Shown piece after piece: positions 1 to 15,506 of a stretch of 64,000 bases of DNA; positions within the stretch are counted from its first letter, which is position 1, and each line of letters opens with the position of its first letter. Origin of the DNA: Eledone cirrhosa (taxonomy: Eukaryota). Location of the stretch: positions 26,226,001 to 26,290,000 of the forward strand of contig OZ024756.1 in assembly GCA_964016885.1 (NCBI GenBank), read 5' to 3'. Position numbers and translations under genes: made by a program. The notes below the pieces were generated by a model. That model had not been told where the DNA came from. It ran no database searches and worked only from the letters and a program-made list of their open reading frames with translations.

Positions 1-186
1 GCAACCTGCCAGTTCCTGACCAAGTAAGTACGGGAAAAGTGGATATATATGTATATATTCAGTGTGTGAGAGGTGCGGGTGAGGGGTGGGGGGTGGGGGG
101 TGGGGGGTGGGGGTGGGGTGGCGTCTGAATATATATATATATATACGATATAAAACAAATGGAAACTACATTTATAAAACCATATT

Positions 187-252
187 TATTTCATTATATA
201 TATTTCAGGGATATCATATTAAAAATATGGTATGCCCTCTTCAGATAAAATA
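187..252 (-). ncRNA. minimal type I hammerhead ribozyme motif (family A)
   Basis: TATTTTAT-CTGAAGA-GGGCATACCATATT..AATATGATATCCCT-GAAA-TATATA-TA-ATGAAATA: stem I, core, stem II, palindromic stem III, AUA site. Confidence 0.75.
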
Positions 253-429
253 CAATATATAAACAGTTTTATAAATAAATTTGACATACCTTAGAATTTT
301 ACAACTTCCATTTAAAAAGTTGTTATGGTAGTGTTTTATATCGTAAAATACTCCAAAACTTGTTGAGTGCTTTTATATCAGTTATAAAATATTTACTCGT
401 TGTAACCCAACAATTTTAAATAAAACTTT

Positions 430-505
<76 letters not shown>

Positions 506-549
506 TTCCATATATATATAAAACACACACATATATATTTATATATATT

Positions 550-1380
550 CTAGCAGCAGTACCCAGCGTTGCCTGGGTAGGTAAAATAATATCTGCTTTG
601 ATGAAAAGGTGTTGATCTTAGCCACTGCTTCTCGATGACTCATCTATGGCCACACACAGGCCATGCGGGGGAGGGTGGTGATGACCTCGATTACTGAGAA
701 ACGCGGGAGACTGACGAAGGGGCATGCTGGGGGAGGGAGTTTCGAATTTGAACGAAATCGGTTGAAAAATGTGGGAGCTAGAGCCGAAAACGCGGAAATT
801 TGAGCGAAAAGGTGGTATTTTCGAATATTTAATCGGCTTCCACGCCGTTCCTGAACAAAAAATCCAAAATGTAAAGCCACTTTAAGACGTTAAATAATCA
901 GATCTAGCGTAGTGTAAAATTTGAACAAAGTAGGTTGATTAATGTGGGAGCTAGAACCGAAAAAGTGGAAAATTGAGTCTAAAAGTGGTACTTTTGAATA
1001 TTTAAGCGGTTGTCACGCCGTCCCTGAACAACAAATGCAAAATATAAAGCCATTACAGGGTGCGCAATGATAAATTCTATTTTGCTTTAAAATTTGAACG
1101 AAATCGGTGGCAAAATGTGGGAGCTAGAGCCAAAAATCTTATTTTTCGATACCTAAAAAAAGGTGACCCACCTTTTTTTATCGATTTTTATCTGCAGAAT
1201 GACCCCGGAATAAAAAAAACGATACGCTGATATATAGAAAACACTCCCCGATGACTAATCTATGAGCCTGTAAAGTTTCATGAAAATCGGTCGTAAGATG
1301 TAGGCCCCTATAGGTAATACACAGACACACAGACACACACACATACTTAATTTTATATATATATATACATATATATATAT
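550..1380 (-). mobile_element. non-autonomous Helitron-like element with internal tandem repeats
   Basis: The minus strand ends in hairpin TACCCAG-6nt-CTGGGTA, about 7 nt, then CTAG (550-553). The 5' end is (TA)n-TATAAAA plus a (TG/TCTG)n microsatellite. Three ~172-bp internal repeats (aatttgaac..aatgtgggagctaga at ~745, ~918, ~1090). Confidence 0.7.
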
Positions 1381-1437
1381 ATACAATCTTTTACCTGTTC
1401 AAGCCATCCGGCTGAGGCTATGGTGGGGCACCGCCCT

Positions 1438-1491
<54 letters not shown>

Positions 1492-1670
1492 CATATATGT
1501 ATATGTATATGTGTATATATATATATATATATAACCAAAAGTCTATATGGTTCGTTGATTCGTTGATTATTCAACGAATTCAATTTTACAATAGGTTAGA
1601 AGCACTCGACTACCGCTACAGGGATTGAAGGTTCAAGACCTTAGGGGTATGTCGTATAACCAATCTCTTA

Positions 1671-1733
1671 TATTTTATCTGATGAAAACGTACTGAAACA
1701 CCATTGTACCTTTGAAATATGTATAATAAAATA
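1671..1733 (+). ncRNA. minimal type I hammerhead ribozyme motif (family A)
   Basis: TATTTTAT-CTGATGA-AAACGTAC..GTACCTTT-GAAA-TATGTA-TA-ATAAAATA. Perfect 8-bp stem I. Confidence 0.7.
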
Positions 1734-2029
1734 TGTACTTTGGTTATGATAATATTTCTCATTTATTAATATTTTGAATATCATATATAAATATATATAT
1801 ATTTACATTCATTTGATGTATTGATTTATTAATATTTTATCTGAGTGTCCCGAATCTTCCATATCGCAATTTTTCGGTCGTATGGTTGATTGTAGACATA
1901 TTCTATGTGTGACGGTATTTTAACGATAGTTATAGCTCTGATTTATCTGAATTATTGAGCCCTCTGCCGCTCATATCGAATTTTGTTTATCGTGAACTCG
2001 TGCGCCGATTTTTCGATACTCGATTATTC

Positions 2030-2121
<92 letters not shown>

Positions 2122-2288
2122 GTATTTTTAACCGTTGGCCAATCAATGATAAACATTGATTGCCAGATAAATTAACTATGGAGATATAAAAGATAAAGAA
2201 GCGAAAACCAACCCAAACCAAACAGTGAGTGTGTTCTTTTATTATTTCTGGCAATATTATAACAATACGACCCTCCCCAAGTATAACA

Positions 2289-2365
<77 letters not shown>

Positions 2366-3002
2366 AACTAAAAGAAATTTAACAAAGAAAAGACAACGAA
2401 GGAAAACAAGGCAAAACGAAAAGAAATTTTTTTTTTAAGGAGAAACCTTAAAATTATTTTTGAAAATAAAAATACAAACGATAGACACAGAACTCCAAGG
2501 TCTTCAGCCGTTGAGGTGGACATCTGGCAGTTTCGACATCTACCGACGGTACTACTAGTCCACTCGGGGTCGCAGCGTTTGACACAAGCCAAAGCGCTGT
2601 CCGTCGAGTAAGAGAGAAGACAAAACAATAACTGATAGCAATTAAGCTGTAACATTTTATGTGACGTCAGGGAGACGGTATTATAGCAACGAAAGTCTCG
2701 TCTGACCAAAAACAAAAAAAAAGAAAGAAAAGAAAAAGAAAAAAGGAAGGAAAAAGAAGAAAGTAAGATATCGTGTTAAAAAATGTAAACCATTGAAATT
2801 ATTAGGGGAGAATCATCACAGATTGGTTAAAATAAGCGTAGGAAGATTAACAAAGAAAAGACAACTAACAAAAACAAAGCAAACGAAAACACGCACACGT
2901 ACACACACACACAAGCGCGCGCGCACACACACATATATTTAAAGACATTTTTTTCCAATTCCAACTCACCCGTCCCTTCAATCTACCTTATTTCTCATTC
3001 TT

Positions 3003-3038
3003 TCTTCTGATGAAGGACTAGCGTCCGAAACGTTAAGA
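3003..3038 (+). ncRNA. Penelope-type minimal hammerhead motif (U17 variant)
   Basis: TCTT-CTGATGA-A-GGAC TAGC GTCC-GAAA-CGT-T-AAGA. A degenerate paralogue at 16141-16178 has the same flanks. Confidence 0.6.
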
Positions 3039-3119
3039 TCCTCTTCCAGCTATTTCAAGCCTTAACCTAATATATTCCTTCCATATACTGTACCGATTGT
3101 GTTGTTATTTCTGTTTACC

Positions 3120-3201
<82 letters not shown>

Positions 3202-4394
3202 TTATATATATAGGGCTATCCTGTAGAAGCAATGGCAATAAAGAACCCTCAAACACGAACTGGCGCGAAATTTGATGTACTTATTCACGTGACAGTCATC
3301 AACCAACCAAATTACACTTTAAAAAAACAACAATTTGAGCCCCATTTTTAAGGCAAATACAAGAAGAACTTTGGAACGCGAACTGCTGCGAAATTTATTA
3401 AACTTATTCACGGGACAGTCATCAACCAACGAAATTATTTTTAAGCCCCTTCACTCCTCAGCAATTCGAGCCACTTTTTCCACATAAAACAGAAAGAACT
3501 TCCGAACACGAACCAGATGCGAGACAAACCACAAACCCTCCATCTCAATTCTACTTTTAAAAAGCATAAGAACTGTGAAACGGGTAAAGGAAATAAATAT
3601 TCTTAAAAAGACACCAGTTGCATTTTCGATTTCTTTTCCTTATACTTTCACCCGTGTAGGACATCATGTTCTTTTTATAAAAAAAACCCTCATTTTCTTT
3701 TATATATATATATATATATATTTTTTTTTTAGTTTCAGAAGATCCCGTTAAGGGTGAAAGCAGCGATTCTTTGCTTAAACTTTAATCTGTTATTTTAATA
3801 AATATTTGCTCTACGGTTCTTATATATTTGATATATATTTATCCTTATCGAGCCCTCTGGATTTTAGTCTTCAAATTTATTATTATTACTATCTATCTCT
3901 CTCTCTCTTTATATACATACATACAAATACATACATATGGTGGCTGCCAACTCGTTTTCGAGTACGGCCACTACTTTATATCCATGTAGGAGAACCCCTA
4001 CCGATGCGCTGAACGAGTGTGACTTTTTAGTCCAGCCAGCGACTTGAAAACTCTGGTACAAACACTACACTTGTGACAATTATTGAGACATAGTGCTGGG
4101 CCGATGGTACCATGTGACGACAAGTGCAGAGAGATCTCCAGATATAAAGCAATGCCTGTGTCGTGAAGCTTTTATAGTGAGCAAAGGCACTGCACAAAGC
4201 CAGTCCCACTCTCTTAACCAAGATGATATTTACCAAAAAGAAGAACAAGTCAACATCATTGGATACCATCAGGGTTGCAGGTGTTATATCAGAGTTTTAC
4301 TTCTCCTTGAATTCTGCCTTGACAAAAGCTAAGGGGTCATCTCTCCCGGTGATTTTGGATGGCCATTGACTCTTAAAAGCTTCTTGACATACAT

Positions 4395-4425
<31 letters not shown>

Positions 4426-4445
4426 CATGCATACATACATGTGCC

Positions 4446-4512
<67 letters not shown>

Positions 4513-4759
4513 TCTTGGTTACTTAGCAACAGCACATGGCGGATTCCTGCAGCGTGGCTAGGAACTATTGAAGGAAGAACTGGGGAGAGAGAGAGAGAGA
4601 GAGTGAGAGTGAGAGTGAGTGAGAGAGAGTGAGAGAGGGTAGCTGACAGTGACGAAGAGAGCCTCTATGTAGCCAGTTGCTAGAAATAGCAGCACAATCT
4701 CCATCTAATGTGGCACTACCAGCTCATTGTTTCTTCATTCTTGTTAATGTGTGTATGTT

Positions 4760-4805
<46 letters not shown>

Positions 4806-5096
4806 GAATTTCCGTTGGTTCCGACAACTAGTCTAGTGCTCCAGTTATCCGATTTGCTTCATCGTGAAATTAACATGCAAGTGATTGAGCATTTCACAAA
4901 CACTCTTCTAACCTCAACACATCGTGTAGGACAAGGCGGATCCTTTAAATTACAGGCAAAACGTTTTTGCCCACTGAGTTATTGGAACAAGGTGAAATAA
5001 AGTGTCTTACTCAAGAACGCAACGCGTCGCCGGGAATCGAACTCACGACCAAACTTTCTCTAAGAAACACCACAGGCACATGATGATACTGGAATA

Positions 5097-5289
5097 GCAG
5101 ACCTGCCAATCTCTAAAAGCCCCAAAGTGGAGTACCATGAAAAAAAGTACCCCAAAACGGGGAGAAATGAGGCAAAATGGGAAGATTTTACATAATGAAA
5201 GCTATACCATTTTCACATGAGAAGACATCTCTCACCCACCCCAAAGTGGGTGGATATCTTCCCATCGAACGGGGAGAGTTGACAGGTCT
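5097..5289. mobile_element. hAT-like MITE
   Basis: TIRs CAGACCTGCCAATCTC / GAGAGTTGACAGGTCTG. TSD not clear. Confidence 0.5.
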
Positions 5290-5449
5290 GGAGTAACCTC
5301 TACGTGGTCGTTCGACCTGCTATAAATAGCAGCACATTCTCCCTCTAAGTTTACACTATTTGTTTATCGTTTTCACGCTCGTGCCTGCAACAAGTAGGCA
5401 ATAAGCCCAGACCAGGTTAGAAATATAAACCCGTACCAAACTAGTAATA

Positions 5450-5620
5450 CGCCCAGGCCAGATGTAAAATATAGCTCCATGCCGCCCAGGCCAGATGTAA
5501 AATATAGCTCCATGCCGCTCAGGCCAGATGTAAAATATAGGTCCATGCCGCCCAGGCCAGATGTAAAATATAGGTCCATGCCAAAATAGTAATATACCCA
5601 GGCCGGATGTGAAATGTAGA
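5450..5620. repeat. 33-bp minisatellite
   Basis: Unit gcccaggccagatgtaaaatatagctccatgcc. Confidence 0.88.
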
Positions 5621-6305
5621 CAGGCTCCTATTCCACGTTGTTCGTTAATCCATCTAACGTCTCTACTAATTCGCCACGTTATTTATGTAAATATTTTTTT
5701 TTCGTGAATGATGGCTGAGTATTCCGCCAACATCCCTCCTTCATTTTTATTGTAGGAAGTTAAACAAAAAAGTATATATAGACAGTGTCTTATTTTTCTC
5801 GAAGCAATTAAATTACGCCATTATTTCAAAGAAACATTCTCTGAAGGGGTTGATTCAGAAGTCTGCATATCTATTGAGAAAGAAACCATATCGATTTTTA
5901 TCTTACACTTCAATCAAGATACAAATGGTAGCCAATCAGTTGTTTACATTTCTTTTTCTTCCTTTAATCGAAAAATCAATAATATAATTTCATTGAAGTA
6001 ATTTTTGTTTTGTAATCATGGTTAACATTTCCTTTCTCCTTCGCGAATAATAATAATAATATTATGCTAATTTAATTTTTAAACGTAAATCATTTTACGT
6101 TTCTTCACGAAGTTTGGTTTTGCCTGTCTGAGTTATCTGAGCAGCAGTAGCAGCCGACATATTGACAAAAAATACGAATCAATTTACTCATATGTTCCTC
6201 TTAAACAGTTATATATACATATATTCACTATCCGGGAGCTTCCAACAGTAATGGTTGCATTTTTTAAGGGTAGTCAATATTTATTTATAAAACTGATCTA
6301 TATTA

Positions 6306-6370
6306 TATTTTGTCTGATGAAAGCACACCATAATTTAACTTGGTGTCCTTGAAATATGTATAATGAAATA
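6306..6370 (+). ncRNA. minimal type I hammerhead ribozyme motif (family A)
   Basis: TATTTTGT-CTGATGA-AAGCACACCA..TGGTGTCCTT-GAAA-TATGTA-TA-ATGAAATA. Confidence 0.72.
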
Positions 6371-6409
6371 AATATGGTTTTATAAATATAGTTTCCATTT
6401 GTTAATATC

Positions 6410-6463
<54 letters not shown>

Positions 6464-6858
6464 TGTTTTCATTTATGTTATTCTCCCATGTATCTATAAA
6501 TACTAGCGCACTGTATTATCTTCATATCAACATTCTCACGATTTGGTCGGGTATCGACTATAATTAAGGTCGAGTGACGTAGCTTCTAACGACCAGCGAC
6601 TTTTAGACACACCTAACTAAAGAAACAATTGTTAATACTGTAAACAAACCCTATTGTACCCCGTGAATTCATGGGGTATAAAGAAAATTCGTTGTAACGA
6701 AAAATTCTTTATAACAAGATCGTCCGAAACACATCAAGGGTTTGTTTGTTATCACCTCGGGGATTGAAAAAAATTTCATTATACTGAAAAATTCGTTATA
6801 ATGGTATTCGTTATAACGGAATTTTACCTGTATATATATATATATATGTATGTGTGTA

Positions 6859-6890
<32 letters not shown>

Positions 6891-6962
6891 ACCTATATAT
6901 ATATATATATATACTGTATATATATATGTATGTATGTATATATGTACACACACACACACACA

Positions 6963-7047
<85 letters not shown>

Positions 7048-7153
7048 ACATGTATTACACACTTATACACAGACACATATATTTTCTTCTCTTAATGCTT
7101 TCGTATGTATTTATATTACTTTAACAGATTCTACACGATACAATTGTGAAATA

Positions 7154-7471
7154 ATGGCGGAAATCAACACAGATGCATATGAGAAGATTCTAGAACAATG
7201 CGGACAGTTTGGATTCTACCAGAAACGAACCTATTTCCTCATATGTGCGCTACAGGCCATCTGTGTATCGCTTCTGGCCTACTCCAGTTACTCATGTGAA
7301 GGCAACGAACCGTGTCCGATCTATGCAGCTGGACCATCAAGAATGACAACTCCAGCAATGACCGTTCATCTACTTCAGTCTACTCATTTCGACTATGAAA
7401 GTAACACGTCACACATCAATTCCTCGGCCAGTACATTTGATACGACACAGATCACAACAGTGGAAGAGGCG
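7154..7471 (+). CDS. SLC22-family (MFS organic cation/anion) transporter, coding exon 1
   Basis: ATG at 7154, downstream of acceptor ttaacag (~7128). Reads MAEINTDAYEKILEQCGQFGFYQKR, the typical SLC22 N-terminus (G.FG.YQ). Donor GCG|gtgaga, phase 0. Confidence 0.85.
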
Positions 7472-7830
7472 GTGAGATTATGATCACCTTCTTATATAAC
7501 TTACATCTTTACAGCTACTCTGTGTGTGTGTAAGTGAATGAGTGACCTTACAATGTCATGGTGACAAGTAGATTAAAGAGAGATAACCCACATTTTCATG
7601 AAAGAAGGTGGATCCTTCAGCATGCTCCTGTTACAGTAATACATTTTAACTGATTATATTCGACTTTTATAATTCTCTTTTCATGTGCGACTTTAGATCA
7701 ATGGTAGCGTGTGCGTATGCGAAATTATATATAATTCAAATAAAAAGATATATGCAGAGAGAGAGAGAGAGAGAGAGGGGAGAGGGAGAGAGAGCGAAGG
7801 GAGAAACAGAGGGAGAGGGAGGGAGGGAGA

Positions 7831-7863
<33 letters not shown>

Positions 7864-8839
7864 ATATGTCGTTTGAGAAACATAGTGTTTTGTACAATGT
7901 ATAAAGCACATAATATTCAGGAGAGATGGAATGGCTCTTCCAGCGCATCTCCCTTACCTTCTCCCAGGGAAACGCCTTCTCTATTCTGTCCGCTGGGGCG
8001 TTAAGCCTGTCATAAGAAAAATAAAGAACAAAGATGGCAGTCTATGGTTGATTGTGCTTTCCCTATGGGGATGTAACAAAAGAGAAAGCAGTGTCAACTC
8101 TGGATGTCGGTGAGCATGTTCAGCTCCTCTGTGTCCTCCGTGTTACTTTCGATCTGACTTTTGGGAGGCTCCCGTACAGATCTCAGTTCTTCATCCTCAC
8201 TGTATATTATGCAACTAGAATACTTTACCAATAGTGGAGAAAAACTGAAAATTATTAGTTAATTAACTCCACTATACAGTAGGTGTTTTACTATAAGCCA
8301 TATCTCTTCAGGAAACAATAATTTCTTTAACATCAAAAGGCAATATAATAAGAATTACACAAGATTCATAGTACATAAGCAAAAAGTAGGAGTGTATGCT
8401 TGTGAACATAGTAACTGGACATACAAAATAAAAAGGTTATGTGTGTCATATATAAAATTATTTCGTGAAATAACTTTACATATTTAAACATATATGAATA
8501 TACACACCTTAATCTGGAAGACGTTTAACCTGTAATACGGCTGAGTCATGTCTTTTAAAAAAGAGGTTTGATTAAGGTTTTTATATTAGAATAAAATAAA
8601 ACAACAATAGCAAAGACCGAATTCAGTAAATGGCTAACTCCACCTCTTAGATAAATCACACAATAATTGTTTATACTTGTGGCACAAGGCCAGCAATTAT
8701 TCCAGTGCATTACTGGTACTTTATTTTATCGACCCCGTAAGGATGAAAGGCAAAGTTAACGTTCACACAATAATGCTTTGATAAAAGATTTTCACGTAAC
8801 GTTTGCATTACATCATTATGTATATATATATATATATAT

Positions 8840-9026
8840 ACGTGGGAAAGTAAAAAAATCGGAGAATAGACCGTTAAAACATGTTTATTTAAAATATCAC
8901 CTACGTACGTTTCGCCCAGTTGGGCTTTTCAAGGGCATAATTTATAACTGGGCGAAACGTACGTAGGTGATATTTTAAATAAACATGTTTTAACGGTCTA
9001 TTCTCCGATTTTTTACTTTCCCACGT
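8840..9026. repeat. fold-back inverted repeat (~80-bp arms)
   Basis: Near-perfect arms. Hammerhead variant TTGAAAA-GCCC AACT GGGC-GAAA-CGTACG-TA on the minus strand at the turn. Confidence 0.9.
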
Positions 9027-9182
9027 GCTTACGCTCTGCTAACTCTCTAGCCCACTAAATATTAACACTTCGAATATTTAATACTGCCGGCACTAGTATC
9101 GATCACCTTTGACATACGCTACTTGGCAAATAACTATATGTATCACCTATCCCCCCTTTTTTTCTCTTTCTCAATACGTAAA

Positions 9183-9300
<118 letters not shown>

Positions 9301-9403
9301 GTAATGAACAACATAAGATAATAATGTTGTTTATTACATAACTAAAAAGCTCTGTAGCCTACATAGAGCACTGTCTTTTCCTTTACCTTTCCTACGGAAA
9401 TAC

Positions 9404-9441
<38 letters not shown>

Positions 9442-9547
9442 AAAAGAATCAGGACCACGACGGCTGAGCTCCGGCCGTATCGACAGCTAGATCCGACCCC
9501 CCCCCCCACATACACACACACACACCCACCCACCCACACATACGCGC

Positions 9548-9607
<60 letters not shown>

Positions 9608-9883
9608 GTATGTACGTATGTATGTATATATGTATATATATAGTAATAATAATAAATTCGAAGAGTAAAATCCAAAGAGGGCTCGATAAGGATAAATATA
9701 TATCAAATATATAAGATAAGAACCGTAGAGATATTAGAAAGTAACTTTTTTTTAAAATGCGTATTACAAGTCGGCAAAGGCATACATCTCTCCATTCCTC
9801 ATAACATTTGAAATGCATGGAACCTGTGAGACCAGTAAAGTTACAAGTTATTTTAAATAAACCTTCTTAACGACCCCAATTTC

Positions 9884-9921
<38 letters not shown>

Positions 9922-10152
9922 AGACTGAGGTTGGCTGGACATGCTCACCGACATCCAGAGTTGACATTGCACTCAGTGCTCCTTTGGGAGCCCCTACATG
10001 GACACACTAGAAGAGGAAGACCAAGGTTAACATATGTTGATGCCCTAAGGACAGACACTGGTCTGTTGGAGATGCAGGATATGGCAGCGATAATGAGGGA
10101 CAGAGACCGCTGGAGAGAACTCGTCCATGGATCTCGGGAATTTTACCCGCCT

Positions 10153-10238
<86 letters not shown>

Positions 10239-10514
10239 TATATAATAAATAAACACATATATATATATATATACAAATACACAGATAAAGTGTGTTACAC
10301 AGTGAGAAGTGTGTAACACACTTCTGTCTGTGTATTTCTATTTGAGCTCAGATGAAAACTTCCTGTTCTTCTTCGAGCTAAAACTTTGCCTTTCATCCTT
10401 ACGGGGGTCGATAAAATAAAGTACCAGTAATACACTGGGTATTTGCTGGCCTTGTGCCTAAAGTAGAAACAATTATTATTACTGTGAACTGCGGAATACT
10501 TTAATTCCGATCTT

Positions 10515-11155
<641 letters not shown>

Positions 11156-13861
11156 ATGCTTTGTAGCATAGAGTTACGGCCCTTTGCGGTCTGCGTTCAA
11201 ATCCCGCCGAGGTTAACTTTGCCTCTCATCCTTAGGGGAGAGGGGTGTGTGTGTGTGTGTGTGTGTCGATGAAATAAAGAACCAGTCACGCACTGGGGTC
11301 GATTTAATCGACTTTCCCCTTACCCACAAAAATATTGCTGGCCTTGTGCCTATATAAGAAACTATTATATATGGATTAATGATTTATTATATTTTTTACA
11401 ATAATATAATAATATAATAGTGGTGAATTGGCAGTATCGGTAGAGGGTTGGACGCCATGCTTTCTAGCATAGTTACGTCCCTTTACAGTCTGAGTTCAAA
11501 TCCCGCCGAGGTTAACTTTGCCTTTCATCCTTACGGGGTCGATAAAATAAAATACCAGTAATGTACTGGGTAATTGCTGGCCTTGTGCCTAAAGTAGGAA
11601 CAATTATTTACAATTTGTTTGTAGGCAGTTCTCTCTGGAAATAGGGGTGGAGGGAGGGCGCTGAGGGTATTACGTGGCCGTGAGGTGGGTTTGTAGCCCA
11701 AAAAGTTTGAGAACCTCTGCCTTTGAACAATCACGAGGGAATACCTATGACTTGGCCTCAGACTGTTAGTTTTGGTGGAATTACATTTTAATTTTGCTCT
11801 GGGACTATTAGCAAGTTTTCCATGTTTACATTTTAAATCTCGCCTAAGACTTTGTACATAAGTTTGCCGACATCGACTCGGACTATATTTGCTCTATATT
11901 TGTTGAATCTGATTATCAAATTAGTGTATCTCATCAGCCCGAATGTGAATATGTGTGTGTGTGTGTGTGTGTGTGTTTGGGGGAAGTAGGAACAATCATA
12001 AGCATCACATGTCACTAACTCCCCAAATAACAATAGCTATGACACACTTCAAGTATTTAATTTATTGGAAAGATTTAGAAATCTTTTTCTTCTTCCGACA
12101 TTCAGTACGCCTTCCGTCATGCGATAGTGAGTCATTTGTCACATGCTATCTTTGTTGTTTAAATAACTAAAGAGGTCACGGTTGTACTTTAGGCGGAATG
12201 TAATTATACAGGTGAGTCCTCGACACGGTAGTTGGTGTGTCGCAAACAGGTAAATGTAGTGAAGCGTGTTAACATTTCTAATTGTTAAGTGAAAAAGAAA
12301 GAAAGGAAAAAGAAAGAACCTCACATACCTGGTTAAGAGTTACATCATCTAGTCGTCCACTCCTTTTAACATAGCAAATGAATAAAGAAATAGTAAACAT
12401 ATAATCTTTATATAACTTACATGGTGTGGTATGGTCCCTTAACACCTGATAGAGTCGTAGGCATTTCTTGGGCACTTTTAAAGCCTGGCGGAGCCCATCC
12501 CTCTCCAGGCCTGAGTACAGCAGATTTCTTCCAGAGAAAGATAGAAAGTGAGAGAGAGGGAGAGAGGATATTAGAGGAAGAATCGACCTCAGTACAAGAC
12601 TGGTACATTTTTATCGACCTCTAAAGGATGAAAGGCAAAGTTGACATCGGCGGGATTTGAACTCAGAGAGCAGAGAGTCGTTCTAAAGACTCGGCCAATT
12701 TGCCGCCTATAATATATGTATAGCCTTCAAATATACCATAAATATATATATTTTCTCCCATAGGCCTTTGAACCTTTTGAAAAGATAATCTACACAACAA
12801 GTCGAGTTTATTAACTAACAACCAATACTTTGTCTCAAACCCCCCTCAGTTGAAAGATATATTTAGCTGAATATTCAGTTAAATAAGGCAGTCAATTTGG
12901 CAGAGTCGTTAGAGCGTTGGATATTTCTTCCGGGTCTCTACGTTCTGAATTCAAATCCAATCTTTCAGCCTTTTCTCTTTCCAACTGTCACATGCTGGAT
13001 GATCCGCTGGATTAAGAGAGGAAGGGCCGAAAGGTATATCGGTATATATATAAGTATGTATGTATACGTACATGGTGGCTGCCAACTCGTTTTCGAGTAC
13101 GGCCACTACTTTACATCCATGTAGGATAACCCCTACCGAAGCGCTGAACGAGTGTGACTTTTTAGTCCAGCCAGCGACTTGAAACCTCTGGTACAAACAC
13201 TACACCTGTGACAATCATTGACACATAGTGCTGGGCCCATGGTAGGACAATTATTGACACATAGTGCTGGGCCCATGTGAGGACAAGTGCAGAGAGATCT
13301 CCAGATATAAAGCAATGCCTGTGCCGTGAAGCTTTTATAGTGAGCAAAGGCACTGCACAAAGCCAGTCCCACTCTCTTAACCAAGATGATATTTACCAAA
13401 AAGAAGAACAAGTCAACATCATTGGATACCATCAGGGTTGCAGGTGTTATATCAGAGTTTTCCTTCTCCTAGAATTCTGCCTTGACAAAGGCTAAGGGGT
13501 CATCACTCCCGGTGATTTTGGATGGCCATTGACTCTTAAGAGCTCCTTTGCCCTTTGACAGGTTTTGTTTTTAGTCCTGCAGGATGTCCAAAGTCACCCT
13601 CCTCACCAAGAAACCTTGGTGGGGTTGCCAGTTTAGTCGCCAACGACCCGACCATGAGACAGGTTGTACTGGGATACATGTTACCAGTAGCACCAACTGG
13701 TGACCTGACATATATGTATACGTACATACATATATGTATACAGACGTACAGTAGCATGCATATATATATATTCAGGCTGTTCAGTTTGTTTACAAACGAA
13801 CAAAGCGACGTTATAATAAGCGTCCGCTAAACTGATGCGTGCATATATGTATGTGTACCTG

Positions 13862-13903
<42 letters not shown>

Positions 13904-14018
13904 TGCTACTGTACGTCTGTATACATATATGTATGTACGTATACATACATACTTACATTTAAGTAAGTGCCATACTAAGAGTGAGAAATGAAATTTCGTT
14001 TTCATTTTATTTCAACTT

Positions 14019-14064
<46 letters not shown>

Positions 14065-14069
<5 letters not shown>

Positions 14070-14361
14070 GAAAGTGAACAACACAAAACATAACTACTCC
14101 ATTACCAAAGGTTTCTGGATCACAGACGATAATAATATACGTCTGGATCGGTCGTCAGATAGAGATGTTATAGATAAAAAGATATGAAATGAAATTTAAA
14201 ATCTGTTAAAAGTTGTAAGTGAGGATTTTAAATTTCATTTCATATCTTTTATCTATAACATCTCTATCTGACGACCGATCCAGACGTATATTATTATCGT
14301 CTGTGATCCCAAAACCTTTGGTAATGGAGTAGTTATATTTTGTGTTGTTCACTTTCTAATT
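14065..14361. repeat. fold-back inverted repeat (~138-bp arms)
   Basis: Near-perfect arms, ~20-nt loop, adjacent to (TA)n. Confidence 0.92.
14097..14164 (-). ncRNA. type I hammerhead ribozyme motif in the left arm of a fold-back repeat
   Basis: CTCTAT-CTGACGA-..GATCCAGACG/CGTCTG.GATC..-GAAA-CCTTTGG-TA-ATGGAG. GUA site. The mirror copy at 14262-14329 (+) has GAAA changed to AAAA. Confidence 0.7.
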
Positions 14362-14420
14362 AAATAGCTCTGTTCTATACATAGAGCACTCTTTTTCCTT
14401 TGCTTTTCCTTTGGAATTAC

Positions 14421-14518
<98 letters not shown>

Positions 14519-15024
14519 ATATATAGTTAGTTAATTCGGTAGATAGATGTATCTGTATTGATATATAAACATAGGTAGGTAGACAGAAAGATAGATCGAT
14601 GGTGATGTATTTATTGTCCGAAGATAGATACATAGGTAGATGGTTATAGATAGCTGACATGTGTCCACTGAACATCTTGTCAACACTGCATGAGAGAAAT
14701 AGATAGATGGGGGAGATATCAAACCCTATTAAAGTTACCACAAAGGGGTTGTGTCTACTTATTAAAGACTCCTGTAGATTTAGATATTAAAACTTTGAAA
14801 GTTTATTTTGACCATCCTTATTAGTAATCATACATTTTACACTGCAACCTCTTGAAATTTCGAACATAGCTTACAAACCCCCTGTTATATCTTGGGTCCC
14901 CCACACCACCAGTGATTCAGAGATCACTAGTTGAGAAGCCTTGGTGTATTATATATCTTAATGTATTATTAACTATCTCTCTCTATATATATATTTATAT
15001 TTATATTTATATTTATATTTACAG

Positions 15025-15253
15025 TACAACGAGAACTGTAAGAGTATTATGTCTACAGATGATGGTTTGACGATCGTTCTACTAGGCGTGGCCGTCGGTG
15101 CCCTGATAGGAGGGATGCTGGCAGATATTCTCGGCCGAAGACCCATCATGTTCATCTCTATGGCGCTGGCGTTAATCTTCCAAATACTGATGGTAACAGC
15201 GAAAACCTGTCTCACTTTCGCTACACTTCGAACCCTGTGCGGAGTCTTTTCAG
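15025..15253 (+). CDS. SLC22-family transporter exon 2
   Basis: Acceptor tttacag. [14 protein letters not shown]...[16 protein letters not shown] (MFS motif A)...RTLCGVFS. Donor G|gtgcag, phase 1. Confidence 0.9.
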
Positions 15254-15402
15254 GTGCAGTGAAACGACTTATATCATATATATATATATATATATGTATA
15301 CACACACACACACACACGCACGCAAATATATGCGTGTGTACAACCACACATACGGTCCACCACATATTTTCACATATGTGGACCCTCCGTTGGGATTTTA
15401 CC

Positions 15403-15506
<104 letters not shown>

